Of a DNA stretch of 64,000 bases, positions 1 through 12,448 are shown in pieces; position 1 is the first letter of the stretch; every line of letters starts with the position of its first letter. The position numbers and the translations under genes were made by a program. The notes below the pieces were generated by a model. It worked only from the letters and a program-made list of their open reading frames with translations. It searched no databases and was not told where the DNA came from. Origin of the DNA: Escherichia coli (GTDB lineage: Bacteria; Pseudomonadota; Gammaproteobacteria; Enterobacterales; Enterobacteriaceae); the NCBI RefSeq assembly GCF_024298765.1, contig NZ_CP101210.1. The stretch is one strand, 5' to 3'.

Positions 1-1142
1 ACGGGTTGAACCGGGTAAAGCTTCAGATTAGCCATATTCTCGTGAGACGGCTCAAACGGCATTTGCAAATCTGGCGCAATGCGCATTGACCAGTTAAAGC
101 TGTAGGCATCGCCTGTGTCGCGGCGATTTTCTTTCACCAGCGGCATCGATTTTTTCATCTGACGAGCGACTTCAGCGGCGTCATCAATGATGATGCGGTA
201 ATGGCGGCGCGCGTTTTCACCCAATGTATGCACGACAAACTCGTCCAGTACGCGGAAGTAGTCGGCGCTCTCTTTCGGGCCGGTGAGGATCAATGGTAAA
301 ACCTGATCTTTGTTGGCCGGGTTCATTAAAATTCCCAGCAAATACAGCAACTCTTCTGCCGTACCCACACCGCCAGGGAAGATAATGATACCGTGAGCGA
401 TACGGACAAACGCTTCCAGACGTTTTTCGATATCCGGCATGATGATCAATTCGTTGACCAGCGGGTTAGGCGGTTCAGCGGCGATAATCGACGGCTCTGT
501 CATACCAATAAAACGACTGTCTTTGTAACGCTGCTGTGCGTGTCCGACCGCAGCGCCTTTCATCGGCGCTTCCATCGCTCCCGGACCACAGCCGGTGCAG
601 ATATTCAGCTCACGCAGGCCCAGCTGATTCCCGACGCGACGGGCATACAAATACTCGTTTTCGTTAATTGAGTGCCCGCCCCAGCAGACCACCATATTTG
701 GCGCTTCACCGACATGCAGTGCGCGAGCGTTACGCAAGATGGAAAAGACCAGGTTAGTGATGTGGACGGAGTTGTCGAGATTCAGGTTGGGAAAACGAAC
801 GGTGTTATGGATTTGCCCGTAAACGAAGAGAATGTCACGCAGAACCGCGAACAAGTTGGCCTGCAAAGCGCGAATAATTCGCCCATCGACAAAAGCCTCT
901 TCCGGGGGATTTATCAGTTCCAGCTTTACGCCGCGTTCACGGCGCAGGACGTTAATATCGAAATTTTCAAAACGAGACAGCAATTCTTTGCTGTTATCGG
1001 TCAAACTACCGGAGTTCAGTACGGCAAGTGAACAGTTGCGAAACAGTTGATAGAGGTCGCTGCTGGCGGTGCGTTTAAGCATATCCACTTCCAGCTGCGA
1101 CAACATATCCATGGAGCCAAGCGGGCTAATATGTGTAATCAA
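1..1142 (-). CDS. ppnN: Nucleotide 5'-monophosphate nucleosidase PpnN (LOG family), 5' portion; 3' end lies beyond the window start
   Basis: Minus-strand frame is open from a TTG start at 1142-1140 (AAGGAG SD 6 nt upstream) to position 1. Reverse complement of 1060-1139 translates [26 protein letters not shown] and of 241-300 [19 protein letters not shown], matching E. coli YgdH/PpnN from memory. Not in the ORF track because it runs off the window. Confidence 0.75.
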   Translation of the reverse strand, partial: MITHISPLGSMDMLSQLEVDMLKRTASSDLYQLFRNCSLAVLNSGSLTDNSKELLSRFENFDINVLRRERGVKLELINPPEEAFVDGRIIRALQANLFAVLRDILFVYGQIHNTVRFPNLNLDNSVHITNLVFSILRNARALHVGEAPNMVVCWGGHSINENEYLYARRVGNQLGLRELNICTGCGPGAMEAPMKGAAVGHAQQRYKDSRFIGMTEPSIIAAEPPNPLVNELIIMPDIEKRLEAFVRIAHGIIIFPGGVGTAEELLYLLGILMNPANKDQVLPLILTGPKESADYFRVLDEFVVHTLGENARRHYRIIIDDAAEVARQMKKSMPLVKENRRDTGDAYSFNWSMRIAPDLQMPFEPSHENMANLKLYPVQP

Positions 1143-1253
1143 GAAAAACTCCTTATGGGACGAATATCGTCATTCCCTTTGATTACAATAGCCCTGCCTG
1201 ATGACCTTTCACAACCTTCTGCGTGAATCCAGCACGCAAAATTGAGAAAAAAT

Positions 1254-2102
1254 TTATTGCCGAACCAGTCTTGTGGTCGATGGGACAAAATCGCTATTAC
1301 TGCGCCACGGGTTAATGTCCAGACCGCCACGACGGGTATAACGTGCGTAAACGCTCAATTTCTCTGGCTGGCAGAAGCGTAACAGGTCATTAAAGATGCG
1401 TTCCACGCACTGTTCGTGGAACTCGTTGTGATGACGGAAAGAAACCAGGTAACGCAGCAGTTTTTCTCTGTCAATTTGGCGTCCACGATACTGAATTTGG
1501 ATCGATCCCCAATCTGGTTGATGGGTGATCAGGCAATTTGATTTCAGCAGGTGGCTGACGAGCGTCTCTTCTACTACTTTTTCGCCACTGGTGGCATTCT
1601 CCAGATAGTCAGTAGTGAATTCATAGTTATCGATAGTGATATCCTGGTCATCAATGCAAGTGCCATTGAAATGACCTATCGGTTGGCCTTCCAGTTCATC
1701 AAGACGATATAACGCCACGCTAACCTTACCCTGAGCGCAAGTGCTTAAGTCGCGCTCCAGCGTCTGGCGCACCTCATCCCAGTTATTAAAACGCGTCTGG
1801 TTAAAACTGTTGAGATAGAGCTTAAAACTCTTCGACTCAATCAGATTTGCGCTGGTGTAATCAAGTTCAACATGACCGACAGCGACCTGCGGCAAACCTT
1901 TCGCATTCAGCCAGGAAAGTTCATACAGCGTCCAGATATCCGTACCGTGAAAAGGCAGGTTATCCGCTTTCAGACCCAGCGGGTCGCGATTCAGGCTGCG
2001 TGGAACGCCTTGCAGTAGGCTGGCGTCATAGGTATCCCGGTAATCGGTTGATTTTCCAAGAGTCAGGCCCGCAAGTGCCTGATGGTTTGCATAAGAAGAC
2101 AT
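1254..2102 (-). CDS. queF: NADPH-dependent 7-cyano-7-deazaguanine reductase
   Basis: 282-aa ORF, the length of E. coli QueF; synteny next to syd. Confidence 0.9.
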
Positions 2103-2169
2103 GTTTCACCGTCATAAACCAGATAAACTAAACGACAAGTGTATCTGGTTTAAGTGAAGAGAGAAATTA

Positions 2170-2715
2170 GTGGACGATTTGACCGCACAAGCCCTGAAAG
2201 ATTTTACTGCACGCTACTGCGATGCGTGGCATGAAGAGCATAAAAGCTGGCCGTTAAGTGAGGAACTGTACGGCGTTCCTTCACCGTGCATTATTTCAAC
2301 TACCGAAGATGCCGTATACTGGCAACCCCAGCCGTTTACCGGGGAACAAAATGTAAACGCGGTTGAACGCGCTTTTGATATTGTGATACAACCCACGATT
2401 CATACCTTTTATACGACTCAGTTTGCCGGGGATATGCACGCGCAGTTTGGCGATATCAAACTGACATTGCTGCAAACCTGGAGTGAAGACGATTTCCGTC
2501 GGGTGCAGGAAAATCTGATTGGTCATCTGGTGACTCAGAAAAGGCTAAAACTGCCGCCCACGCTATTTATCGCGACGCTGGAAGAAGAGTTAGAGGTCAT
2601 CTCGGTGTGTAATCTCTCCGGTGAAGTGTGCAAAGAGACGCTAGGAACACGTAAACGGACGCATTTAGCCTCAAATCTTGCGGAATTCCTTAATCAACTT
2701 AAGCCTCTTCTGTAA
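2170..2715 (+). CDS. syd: SecY-interacting protein Syd
   Basis: 181-aa ORF, divergent from queF; length and position match E. coli syd. Confidence 0.88.
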
Positions 2716-2734
2716 TCCAAATACCCCATCTGGT

Positions 2735-2752
2735 TGTGAGAGATCTCTTACA
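2735..2752. promoter_or_regulatory. 18-bp inverted repeat TGTGAGAGATCTCTTACA upstream of csrB; candidate UvrY (BarA/UvrY) binding site
   Basis: Near-perfect palindrome about 180 bp upstream of the csrB 5' end; matches the UvrY box described for csrB/csrC promoters. Confidence 0.5.
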
Positions 2753-2934
2753 GACTCTGTAGGAGATCGCCAGGAAATAAGCGAATACTTAAAAAGATAA
2801 GAATCGTTATTCTCATTTAAAAACAACATGTTGCTTGTTAATTCTTAACTTTCATATGAAATTTTCCTTAAGGCATTGTCTGTAAGTGCCTTGTAAGACT
2901 TCGCGAAAAAGACGATTCTATCTTCGTCGACAGG

Positions 2935-3292
2935 GAGTCAGACAACGAAGTGAACATCAGGATGATGACACTTCTGAAGGACACACCAGGATGGTGTTTC
3001 AGGGAAAGGCTTCTGGATGAAGCGAAGAGGATGACGCAGGACGCGTTAAAGGACACCTCCAGGATGGAGAATGAGAACCGGTCAGGATGATTCGGTGGGT
3101 CAGGAAGGCCAGGAACACTTCAGGATGAAGTATCACATCGGGGTGGTGTGAGCAGGAAGCAATAGTTCAGGATGAACGATTGGCCGCAAGGCCAGAGGAA
3201 AAGTTGTCAAGGATGAGCAGGGAGCAACAAAAGTAGCCGGAATGCTGCGAAACGAACCGGGAGCACTGTGAATACAGTGCTCCCTTTTTTTA
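2935..3292 (+). ncRNA. csrB: CsrB small RNA (CsrA-sequestering)
   Basis: About 360 nt with at least nine CAGGAUG/AGGAUG motifs (2957, 2988, 3028, 3060, 3083, 3120, 3168, 3210 and others), ending in a GC-rich hairpin (3259-3284) plus a T7 run (3285-3291). Sits between syd and yqcC as in E. coli. Confidence 0.88.
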
Positions 3293-3336
3293 TTCCTGCT
3301 ATCCTTCGCGGCAGTTTTTCTTATTGAGGTTGCTTT

Positions 3337-3666
3337 ATGACCACTCATGACCGCGTTCGTCTCCAGTTGCAGGCGCTTGAAGCGTTACTGCGTGAACATC
3401 AGCACTGGCGAAACGATAAACCCCAGCCGCATCAATTTAACAGTACCCAACCGTTCTTTATGGACACCATGGAACCACTGGAGTGGTTGCAGTGGGTGCT
3501 GATCCCGCGAATGCACGATTTGTTAGATAACAACCAGCCGTTACCGGGAGCTTTTGCCGTTGCACCCTATTATGAAATGGCGCTGGCGACTGATCATCCG
3601 CAACGCGCGCTTATTCTGGCTGAGCTGGAAAAACTGGATGCTCTTTTTGCGGATGATGCGAGCTAA
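3337..3666 (+). CDS. yqcC: DUF446 family protein YqcC
   Basis: 109-aa ORF; stop overlaps the truC start (ATGA-type coupling at 3666). Confidence 0.85.
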   Translation: MTTHDRVRLQLQALEALLREHQHWRNDKPQPHQFNSTQPFFMDTMEPLEWLQWVLIPRMHDLLDNNQPLPGAFAVAPYYEMALATDHPQRALILAELEKLDALFADDAS

Positions 3667-4448
3667 TGCTGGAAATACTCTATCAGGATGAATGGCTGGT
3701 TGCGGTAAATAAACCCTCCGGCTGGCTGGTTCACCGCAGCTGGCTGGATCGCGACGAGAAAGTAGTGGTCATGCAAACCGTGCGTGACCTGATAGGCCAG
3801 CATGTGTTTACTGCTCATCGTCTGGACCGACCCACTTCTGGTGTGTTGTTGATGGGATTATCCAGCGAGGCCGGACGGCTGCTGGCACAACAGTTTGAAC
3901 AGCACCAAATCCAGAAACGTTACCATGCGATTGTGCGCGGCTGGTTGATGGAAGAAGCGGTGCTGGATTATCCACTGGTGGAAGAACTGGACAAAATCGC
4001 TGATAAATTTGCCCGCGAAGATAAAGGCCCGCAGCCAGCAGTGACGCATTATCGCGGTCTGGCGACCGTAGAAATGCCGGTAGCGACCGGACGTTACCCG
4101 ACCACGCGCTACGGCCTGGTGGAACTGGAGCCGAAAACCGGACGTAAGCACCAGCTCCGTCGCCATCTTGCCCATTTGCGCCACCCGATTATTGGCGACA
4201 GCAAACATGGTGATTTACGCCAGAATCGCAGCGGTGCTGAACATTTTGGCCTTCAGCGGTTAATGCTGCATGCCAGTCAGTTGTCATTGACGCATCCTTT
4301 TACTGGCGAGCCACTGACTATTCACGCGGGCCTGGACGACACCTGGATGCAGGCGTTATCACAATTTGGCTGGCGGGGTCTGCTTCCTGAAAATGAAAGG
4401 GTTGAGTTCAGTGCGCCATCGGGTCAGGATGGAGAGATAAGTTCCTAA
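3666..4448 (+). CDS. truC: tRNA pseudouridine(65) synthase
   Basis: 260-aa ORF with RluA-family motif HRLDRPTSG visible in translation. Confidence 0.9.
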   Translation: MLEILYQDEWLVAVNKPSGWLVHRSWLDRDEKVVVMQTVRDLIGQHVFTAHRLDRPTSGVLLMGLSSEAGRLLAQQFEQHQIQKRYHAIVRGWLMEEAVLDYPLVEELDKIADKFAREDKGPQPAVTHYRGLATVEMPVATGRYPTTRYGLVELEPKTGRKHQLRRHLAHLRHPIIGDSKHGDLRQNRSGAEHFGLQRLMLHASQLSLTHPFTGEPLTIHAGLDDTWMQALSQFGWRGLLPENERVEFSAPSGQDGEISS

Positions 4449-4465
4449 TCCAGGGAGAAAACGGT

Positions 4466-4915
4466 ATGGCGGAAATTGGTATTTTTGTCGGCACTATGTA
4501 CGGAAATTCGCTGTTAGTGGCGGAAGAAGCGGAAGCAATTCTGACCGCGCAGGGCCACAAAGCAACGGTATTTGAAGATCCTGAATTAAGCGACTGGCTG
4601 CCCTATCAGGATAAGTATGTTCTGGTGGTTACGTCCACGACCGGGCAGGGCGACCTTCCTGATAGCATTGTGCCGCTCTTTCAGGGAATTAAAGATACCC
4701 TGGGCTTCCAGCCGAATCTGCGTTATGGCGTGATTGCGCTCGGCGACAGTAGTTATGTGAATTTCTGCAATGGTGGCAAACAGTTCGATGCCTTGTTGCA
4801 GGAACAGAGCGCTCAGCGGGTGGGAGAAATGCTGTTGATTGACGCCAGTGAGAACCCGGAACCGGAAACGGAATCAAATCCGTGGGTCGAACATTGGGGC
4901 ACGCTGTTGTCCTGA
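4466..4915 (+). CDS. yqcA: Flavodoxin-like protein YqcA
   Basis: 149-aa ORF; flavodoxin-like [11 protein letters not shown] motif. Confidence 0.85.
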   Translation: MAEIGIFVGTMYGNSLLVAEEAEAILTAQGHKATVFEDPELSDWLPYQDKYVLVVTSTTGQGDLPDSIVPLFQGIKDTLGFQPNLRYGVIALGDSSYVNFCNGGKQFDALLQEQSAQRVGEMLLIDASENPEPETESNPWVEHWGTLLS

Positions 4916-4969
4916 TACGTTCAGCGAGCGGTAAATGCCGTTTTAGCAGTGCTGAATCGAATCTTTTCA

Positions 4970-5022
4970 GGCAAATGCCAGTAAAAACTGCTTCATAGTG
5001 CGGATTTTTACTGGCGTTTGCC
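4970..5022. repeat. Long imperfect inverted repeat (18-bp arms, 1 mismatch, about 18-nt loop) downstream of yqcA
   Basis: GGCAAATGCCAGTAAAAA ... TTTTTACTGGCGTTTGCC read directly; no strong U-tract follows. Confidence 0.5.
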
Positions 5023-5349
5023 TGGAGTCAAGCGATCCATTTCATACTCTTCTTTATTTCTTCGTTTTAACCCTTCCTTTCTTGTTCTTGTTTTCATTTC
5101 CGTGAAGTGGATTCCACCGTCCAGGGCTAATGCCAAAATCGGGCCTCATTGAACGCATTAATGTTGTGTTGTTGCACGGTGAGCCGCTATGGCGCGCTTT
5201 TTATACTGCTATTGCCAGATATAAACACGCGCCGCATTCGGCGAACGACCTATAAAAACGGCAAAAAACACCCTACGTCACCTCTGATTTCCTGGCGATG
5301 TCGCAGTCCAGAGTGAGCGTGGCTAACGCGAATTTTCAGGAGTGCAACA

Positions 5350-6702
5350 ATGAGTTCTTTAAGTCAGGCTGCGAGCAGTGTGGAAAAACGCACGAATGCT
5401 CGTTACTGGATAGTGGTGATGTTGTTTATCGTCACATCCTTCAACTACGGCGACCGCGCTACGCTCTCTATCGCCGGTTCGGAAATGGCCAAAGATATCG
5501 GCCTTGATCCTGTGGGAATGGGCTATGTGTTCTCTGCTTTCTCATGGGCTTATGTTATCGGGCAGATCCCTGGTGGTTGGTTGCTGGATCGTTTTGGTTC
5601 AAAACGCGTCTACTTCTGGTCGATCTTTATCTGGTCGATGTTTACCTTGCTGCAAGGCTTCGTCGATATCTTTAGTGGATTCGGCATTATCGTTGCCCTG
5701 TTTACGCTGCGCTTCCTGGTCGGGCTTGCTGAAGCGCCATCTTTCCCTGGCAACAGCCGCATTGTTGCGGCCTGGTTTCCGGCGCAGGAAAGGGGAACGG
5801 CGGTGTCGATTTTTAACTCCGCCCAATACTTCGCAACGGTTATCTTCGCGCCGATTATGGGCTGGTTGACTCATGAAGTGGGCTGGTCACACGTCTTCTT
5901 CTTTATGGGCGGTCTGGGCATTGTCATCAGCTTTATCTGGTTGAAAGTCATCCACGAGCCAAATCAACATCCGGGCGTAAATCAGAAAGAGCTGGAGTAC
6001 ATCGCCGCGGGTGGCGCGCTGATCAATATGGATCAGCAAAACACCAAAGTTAAAGTGCCGTTCAGCGTGAAGTGGGGGCAGATCAAACAGCTGCTCGGGT
6101 CACGGATGATGATCGGCGTTTATATCGGTCAGTACTGTATCAACGCCCTGACTTACTTTTTCATTACCTGGTTCCCGGTTTATCTGGTGCAGGCGCGCGG
6201 GATGTCGATTCTGAAAGCGGGCTTTGTGGCTTCCGTTCCGGCGGTTTGCGGTTTTATCGGCGGTGTGCTGGGTGGGATTATTTCCGACTGGCTGATGCGT
6301 CGCACGGGTTCACTGAACATTGCGCGTAAAACACCGATCGTGATGGGCATGTTGTTGTCGATGGTGATGGTGTTCTGCAACTACGTCAACGTTGAGTGGA
6401 TGATCATCGGCTTTATGGCGCTGGCCTTCTTCGGTAAGGGGATCGGTGCGCTGGGTTGGGCTGTAATGGCTGATACTGCGCCAAAAGAGATCAGCGGTCT
6501 TTCCGGTGGCCTGTTTAACATGTTTGGTAACATTTCTGGCATCGTCACGCCAATCGCAATTGGTTATATCGTTGGCACGACTGGCTCCTTTAATGGGGCG
6601 CTGATTTATGTTGGTGTTCATGCCTTAATCGCGGTACTCAGCTACCTGGTGCTGGTGGGCGATATCAAGCGTATTGAGCTGAAACCTGTCGCGGGGCAAT
6701 AA
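5350..6702 (+). CDS. gudP: MFS transporter for D-glucarate/galactarate
   Basis: 450-aa hydrophobic ORF, first gene of the gudPXD arrangement. Confidence 0.9.
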   Translation: MSSLSQAASSVEKRTNARYWIVVMLFIVTSFNYGDRATLSIAGSEMAKDIGLDPVGMGYVFSAFSWAYVIGQIPGGWLLDRFGSKRVYFWSIFIWSMFTLLQGFVDIFSGFGIIVALFTLRFLVGLAEAPSFPGNSRIVAAWFPAQERGTAVSIFNSAQYFATVIFAPIMGWLTHEVGWSHVFFFMGGLGIVISFIWLKVIHEPNQHPGVNQKELEYIAAGGALINMDQQNTKVKVPFSVKWGQIKQLLGSRMMIGVYIGQYCINALTYFFITWFPVYLVQARGMSILKAGFVASVPAVCGFIGGVLGGIISDWLMRRTGSLNIARKTPIVMGMLLSMVMVFCNYVNVEWMIIGFMALAFFGKGIGALGWAVMADTAPKEISGLSGGLFNMFGNISGIVTPIAIGYIVGTTGSFNGALIYVGVHALIAVLSYLVLVGDIKRIELKPVAGQ

Positions 6703-6703
6703 G

Positions 6704-8044
6704 ATGACGACACAATCCAGTCCTGTTATTACTGATATGAAAGTCATTCCGGTCGCCGGACATGACAGCATGTTGCTTAATATTGGTGGTGCACATAACG
6801 CATATTTCACCCGCAATATTGTGGTACTCACCGATAATGCCGGGCATACCGGCATTGGTGAAGCGCCGGGCGGAGAGGTGATTTATCAAACACTGGTCAA
6901 GGCTATTCCGATGGTGCTGGGCCAGGAAGTTGCGCGCCTGAATAAAGTGGTTCAGCAGGTGCATAAAGGTAATCAGGCAGCCGATTTTGATACCTTCGGC
7001 AAAGGTGCCTGGACTTTTGAATTGCGCGTTAATGCCGTGGCGGCGCTGGAAGCCGCCTTGCTTGACCTGTTAGGTCAGGCGCTGAATGTTCCGGTCTGCG
7101 AACTGTTAGGGCCAGGCAAGCAACGTGATGCTATTACCGTTCTCGGTTATCTGTTTTATATCGGTGATCGGACCAAAACCGATCTTCCTTATCTGGAAAA
7201 TACGTCGGGCAACCATGAGTGGTATCAGTTGCGGCATCAGAAAGCGATGAACAGCGAAGCCGTTGTGCGTCTGGCGGAAGCCTCACAGGATCGCTATGGC
7301 TTTAAAGATTTCAAACTTAAGGGTGGCGTGTTACCTGGCGAGCAAGAAATCGACACTGTTCGTGCATTGAAGAAACGCTTCCCTGATGCGCGGATTACCG
7401 TTGATCCCAATGGTGCCTGGCTGCTTGATGAAGCCATTTCTCTGTGCAAAGGGCTGAATGATGTCCTTACCTATGCGGAAGACCCGTGCGGCGCTGAGCA
7501 GGGTTTCTCCGGTCGTGAAGTGATGGCGGAGTTTCGACGGGCGACCGGCTTGCCCGTCGCGACCAACATGATCGCCACCAACTGGCGCGAAATGGGTCAT
7601 GCGGTGATGCTCAATGCGGTAGATATTCCACTTGCCGATCCGCACTTCTGGACGCTTTCCGGTGCAGTCCGCGTGGCGCAACTTTGCGACGACTGGGGGC
7701 TGACCTGGGGCTGCCATTCTAATAACCACTTTGATATCTCTCTGGCGATGTTTACCCATGTGGGCGCGGCGGCACCGGGTAATCCTACCGCTATCGATAC
7801 CCACTGGATTTGGCAGGAGGGCGATTGTCGCCTGACCAAAAATCCGCTGGAGATTAAAAACGGAAAAATTGCCGTTCCTGATGCGCCCGGTCTGGGCGTG
7901 GAACTGGACTGGGAGCAGGTACAAAAGGCGCATGAGGCCTATAAACGTCTGCCTGGCGGTGCGCGTAACGACGCGGGCCCGATGCAGTACCTGATCCCCG
8001 GCTGGACCTTTGACCGTAAACGTCCCGTTTTCGGCCGTCATTGA
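6704..8044 (+). CDS. gudX: Glucarate dehydratase-related protein (enolase superfamily)
   Basis: 446-aa ORF, paralogous to the next gene (shared blocks [37 protein letters not shown]). Confidence 0.9.
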   Translation: MTTQSSPVITDMKVIPVAGHDSMLLNIGGAHNAYFTRNIVVLTDNAGHTGIGEAPGGEVIYQTLVKAIPMVLGQEVARLNKVVQQVHKGNQAADFDTFGKGAWTFELRVNAVAALEAALLDLLGQALNVPVCELLGPGKQRDAITVLGYLFYIGDRTKTDLPYLENTSGNHEWYQLRHQKAMNSEAVVRLAEASQDRYGFKDFKLKGGVLPGEQEIDTVRALKKRFPDARITVDPNGAWLLDEAISLCKGLNDVLTYAEDPCGAEQGFSGREVMAEFRRATGLPVATNMIATNWREMGHAVMLNAVDIPLADPHFWTLSGAVRVAQLCDDWGLTWGCHSNNHFDISLAMFTHVGAAAPGNPTAIDTHWIWQEGDCRLTKNPLEIKNGKIAVPDAPGLGVELDWEQVQKAHEAYKRLPGGARNDAGPMQYLIPGWTFDRKRPVFGRH

Positions 8045-8064
8045 TTTTGAAAAAGGACATAAAT

Positions 8065-9405
8065 ATGAGTTCTCAATTTACGACGCCTGTTGTTACTGAA
8101 ATGCAGGTCATCCCGGTGGCGGGCCATGACAGTATGCTGATGAATCTGAGTGGTGCACACGCACCGTTCTTCACGCGTAATATTGTGATTATCAAAGATA
8201 ATTCTGGTCACACTGGGGTAGGGGAAATTCCCGGCGGCGAGAAAATCCGTAAAACGCTGGAAGATGCGATTCCGCTGGTGGTGGGTAAAACGCTGGGTGA
8301 ATACAAAAACGTTCTGACGCTGGTGCGTAATACATTTGCCGATCGTGATGCCGGCGGGCGCGGTTTGCAGACATTTGATTTGCGGACCACTATTCATGTA
8401 GTTACCGGGATAGAAGCGGCAATGCTGGATCTGCTGGGGCAGCATCTGGGGGTTAACGTGGCATCGCTGCTGGGCGATGGTCAACAGCGTAGCGAAGTCG
8501 AAATGCTCGGTTATCTGTTCTTCGTCGGTAATCGCAAAGCCACACCGCTGCCGTATCAAAGCCAGCCGGATGATAAATGTGACTGGTATCGCCTGCGTCA
8601 CGAAGAAGCGATGACGCCGGATGCGGTGGTGCGCCTGGCGGAAGCGGCATATGAAAAATATGGCTTCAACGATTTCAAACTGAAGGGTGGTGTACTGGCC
8701 GGGGAAGAAGAAGCAGAATCTATTGTGGCACTGGCGCAACGCTTCCCACAGGCGCGTATTACCCTCGATCCTAACGGTGCCTGGTCGCTGAACGAAGCGA
8801 TTAAAATTGGTAAATACCTGAAAGGTTCGCTGGCTTATGCAGAAGATCCGTGTGGTGCGGAGCAAGGTTTCTCCGGGCGTGAAGTGATGGCAGAGTTCCG
8901 TCGCGCGACTGGCCTGCCGACCGCAACCAATATGATCGCCACCGACTGGCGGCAGATGGGCCATACGCTCTCGTTACAATCCGTTGATATCCCGCTGGCG
9001 GATCCGCATTTCTGGACGATGCAAGGTTCGGTACGTGTGGCGCAAATGTGCCATGAATTTGGCCTGACCTGGGGTTCACACTCTAACAACCACTTCGATA
9101 TTTCCCTGGCGATGTTTACCCATGTAGCCGCTGCTGCACCGGGTAAAATTACTGCTATTGATACGCACTGGATCTGGCAGGAAGGCAATCAGCGTCTGAC
9201 CAAAGAACCGTTAGAGATCAAAGGCGGTCTGGTTCAGGTGCCAGAAAAACCGGGGCTGGGTGTAGAAATCGATATGGATCAAGTGATGAAAGCGCACGAG
9301 CTGTATCAGAAACACGGGCTTGGCGCGCGTGATGATGCGATGGGAATGCAGTACCTGATCCCCGGCTGGACGTTCGATAACAAGCGTCCGTGCATGGTGC
9401 GTTAA
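8065..9405 (+). CDS. gudD: D-glucarate dehydratase
   Basis: Track ORF 8041-9405 trimmed to the ATG at 8065 ([10 protein letters not shown], 446 aa) with SD AAGGA upstream. Confidence 0.9.
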   Translation: MSSQFTTPVVTEMQVIPVAGHDSMLMNLSGAHAPFFTRNIVIIKDNSGHTGVGEIPGGEKIRKTLEDAIPLVVGKTLGEYKNVLTLVRNTFADRDAGGRGLQTFDLRTTIHVVTGIEAAMLDLLGQHLGVNVASLLGDGQQRSEVEMLGYLFFVGNRKATPLPYQSQPDDKCDWYRLRHEEAMTPDAVVRLAEAAYEKYGFNDFKLKGGVLAGEEEAESIVALAQRFPQARITLDPNGAWSLNEAIKIGKYLKGSLAYAEDPCGAEQGFSGREVMAEFRRATGLPTATNMIATDWRQMGHTLSLQSVDIPLADPHFWTMQGSVRVAQMCHEFGLTWGSHSNNHFDISLAMFTHVAAAAPGKITAIDTHWIWQEGNQRLTKEPLEIKGGLVQVPEKPGLGVEIDMDQVMKAHELYQKHGLGARDDAMGMQYLIPGWTFDNKRPCMVR

Positions 9406-9412
9406 GACAGAA

Positions 9413-9446
9413 AACCAAAACCGGCTCTATCTGGAGCCGGTTTGAG
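9413..9446 (+). terminator. Rho-independent terminator downstream of gudD
   Basis: Hairpin CCGGCTC-TATCTG-GAGCCGG followed by TTTGAG. Confidence 0.6.
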
Positions 9447-9524
9447 ACTGATGCCAAACGCAAAATTGCCTGTTGCGCTACGTATCAGGGCTACATCATT
9501 TTTTAATTCATTGAATTTAATTGG

Positions 9525-9565
9525 TTTTGCAGGCCGGATAAGGCGTTAACGCCGCATCCGGCATA
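9525..9565. repeat. REP (repetitive extragenic palindromic) element
   Basis: GCCGGATAAGGCGTTAACGCCGCATCCGGC palindrome typical of E. coli REP units. Confidence 0.7.
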
Positions 9566-9635
9566 AACACAGGCACTTGTCACCAATCTGAAACCAGCGT
9601 CATAAAAATCCGGTTGCTACTCGACAAGACGTCCA

Positions 9636-12392
9636 TTACCCGAGAATTTTGCTGGCTTCGCGCGCTACATTATCCATCTCGTCCAACAGTTCCAGCAGTT
9701 CCGGCTCCAAATCTTCTTCTTTAGTACCGCTACGTAACTGTTGTTCGATCAGTTGGCAGAGATTCTTCATACGCGGCACACCGCTATAGCCGCAACTGCC
9801 ATGCAGTTTATGAATCAAATCAACCAGGCCTTCCGGGTTTTCTCCAACCAGCTGTTCCTCAACTTTGTTGCGAACTTCAGGCAGGAAATCGAGTAACATT
9901 TGCAGCATATCGCGCGCTAAATCGGTTTTTCCTGCTGCCTGGCGTAGTGCCAGTTGCCAGTCGAGGGTCGCATTCGGGTTCACCACAATTTCGTTGACTT
10001 CGGGCGTCACGACGCGAGAGGAAATACCGCTGCCAGGCTTGTAGCGCAACAACAAATTATGCAATCGCTCTTCTTCAATCGGTTTCGCCAGATAATCGCT
10101 CATCCCTGCGCCAAGCAGCTTCTCTTTTTGCCCGGCCATTGCATGCGCCGTTACCGCGATAACCGGCGTTTGTTGCTGATGGGGGAGCTGGTGGATGAGT
10201 TCGCAGGCCCGAATGCCGTCCATGTCCGGCATTTGAATATCCATTAAGATCAAATCGAACGGCATCTGTTTCGCCCGTTCAACCGCCTGATGCCCGCTAT
10301 CGCAAAGTTCCACATGTTGCACCATATCTTCCAGCAATGCGCCGATAAGTTTCAGGTTAGCGGGGTTGTCATCAACCGCCATGACTGTCATTGCCAGCTT
10401 ACTTTCATCGGTTACAGGCAAAAGCGTGTTTTGTTTGTGATGACAAAATTCCGTCAGGGCAGGCAACAGGCGCGTAGGTGTTAATGGTTTCAGCAGACAC
10501 GCGCCGATACCATCTTGCTTGAGTTTTTCAGCATTGACTTGTGCATGGCAAGGAAGTGCCAGCATCAGGAAATCGGTCATCGATACCGCTTTCGCTAATC
10601 GCTCATGTTGCATTGTTAGCGGCTCGCGGAAGGTCACCGCGATGCCTAACAACATCATGTCGTAATGCGCGGGAGGCAGCGCGGAGAACGTTGGGCTATA
10701 AACCACCTCCAGCGGCGTTTCACTTAAAATATCCAGCGTGCATTGCGCTGCTGCGGAGTTTGGTTCGACATAGGCCAGGCGCTTGCCGGCGAGGCACTGG
10801 GTGGATGGCCCTTCAATAATAATGTTCGGATTCAGATCGAGATTAATGTGGAACCAGAAAGTTGAACCGCGATTCGGCTGGCTATGAAACGAAATATCGC
10901 CGCCCATTTCATTAACCAGTTTTTGTGTAATCACCAGCCCCAGCCCGGTGCCACCATGACGGCGGGAAATACTGGCATCAGCCTGTCGGAAGGCCTGGAA
11001 TAAGCGCGATTGATCGCGTTCAGGAATACCAATGCCGGTATCCCGAATCTGCACTTCAATCTGCACTTTGGTATTACTCAGCGCACGTTTTTCTACCAGA
11101 ATATCAATGTTGCCATTCTCGGTGAATTTAATTGCATTCCCCACCAGGTTAGTGATGATTTGCTGTAATCGTAGTGGGTCGCCGATAACGTTATCAGGCA
11201 CGTCGCTTTTAATATTGAGCGTCAGTTCCAGTCCTTTATCGTGAGAAGAATGTGCCAGCAGGGTAACGACTTCATCCAGCGTGCTGCGTAGTGGGAATGG
11301 AATACTTTCCAGAATCAGCTTACCTGCTTCCAGTTTCGAGAAGTCGAGAACATCATTAATAATTGCCAGCAAATTATTTGCCGAACGTTCAATCGTATTC
11401 AGGTGATCGCGCTGCGTTGGTGTTAATTCTGTTTTCAGCGTCAGGCGGGTAAAGCCAATAACACCATTCAGTGGTGTACGCAGCTCGTGTGACATATTTG
11501 CCAGAAACTCGGATTTAATACGCGCCGCTTCCTGGGCGCGCTTTTTCGCCAGATCCAACTCAACGTTCTGAATTTCCATCTGCTCCAGCGTTTCACGCAG
11601 ATCGGACGTCGCCTGGTCGATATTGTGCTGCATCTCTTCGTGATAAGCAGCCAGCGACATTGCCATCGAGTTGATACCGTTTTTCAGCATATCCAGCTCG
11701 CCGAGCATAAATCCTTCCACCCGGCTGTCGAGTTGCCCGCGACGGATGCGGTCGACAGTATTCACCATGTTGCGAATCGGACCGGTTACATCGCGCATTA
11801 AGCGCCAGCCAAAAATAAGCGCAATACCGATACAAAACAGCATCATCACGCTGGAAATAAAGATCTCTTTATATTGCTGCAAGCGAACCGATTTAAGATC
11901 CAGCTCCAGCGCAATATATCCCAGCATATTTTGACTATTTTTGGCATCGCTACTGGGCGATTCGTCGGGGGAGTAACTTTCAGAAATAATCGGCGTGCGG
12001 AGGATCATTATATCGCCGTCACGAGTGACAGTGAGCTGGCGAGGAAACGGCACGTTGCTGCCGAGCTGCATTGATGAGGGATCAAGATGAAAATTGGAGG
12101 TGACAAAGAGTCGGTTATTTTCATCATAAACCGAAATCGCGCGAACAATATCGGAATGGCGACGATGCAGTACGCTTATTAACTGACCGATAGATTCGCG
12201 ATTTTGCAGGCTCATGCCATATTCAGTAGAAACTGCAAGCGGCTCAATAATGCTGGCTCCGGCATCTTCCAGTTGACGCTGCAAGTCGTTATAGCGATGC
12301 ACAACGAAAAAGATACTCAGCAATAAACCAATAAGGACGGTCGGTGCCAGGATCAGAATCATCATGCGTGCGCGCAGGCTGTAGTTGGTCAT
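9636..12392 (-). CDS. barA: Hybrid sensor histidine kinase BarA
   Basis: 918-aa ORF with HAMP, histidine kinase ([10 protein letters not shown]-box), receiver and HPt domains. Confidence 0.95.
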
Positions 12393-12448
12393 GGAGTTCC
12401 GTTATGGGACAATTAAGGTCACACTGTTAAATTGAGAAAGTCTCGCCA

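Noticed and set aside
393-1050. Plus-strand ORFs 393-671, 672-1031 and 832-1050
   Set aside because: They lie antisense within the ppnN coding region, which reads continuously on the minus strand with recognisable protein sequence.
2868-3348. Track ORFs 2868-3056 (-) and 3133-3348 (-)
   Set aside because: They overlap the CsrB sRNA, have no RBS context and low-complexity translations; the region is better explained as non-coding RNA.
7331-9188. Long antisense ORFs inside gudX and gudD (for example 7331-8041, 8038-8964, 8835-9188)
   Set aside because: GC-rich coding regions commonly give open antisense frames; the sense-strand products are well-supported enolase-superfamily proteins.
6704-9405. 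gudX/gudD as a tandem duplication artefact or assembly error
   Set aside because: The two ORFs are diverged paralogues, not identical copies; the nucleotide sequences differ throughout, consistent with the known gudX-gudD pair.
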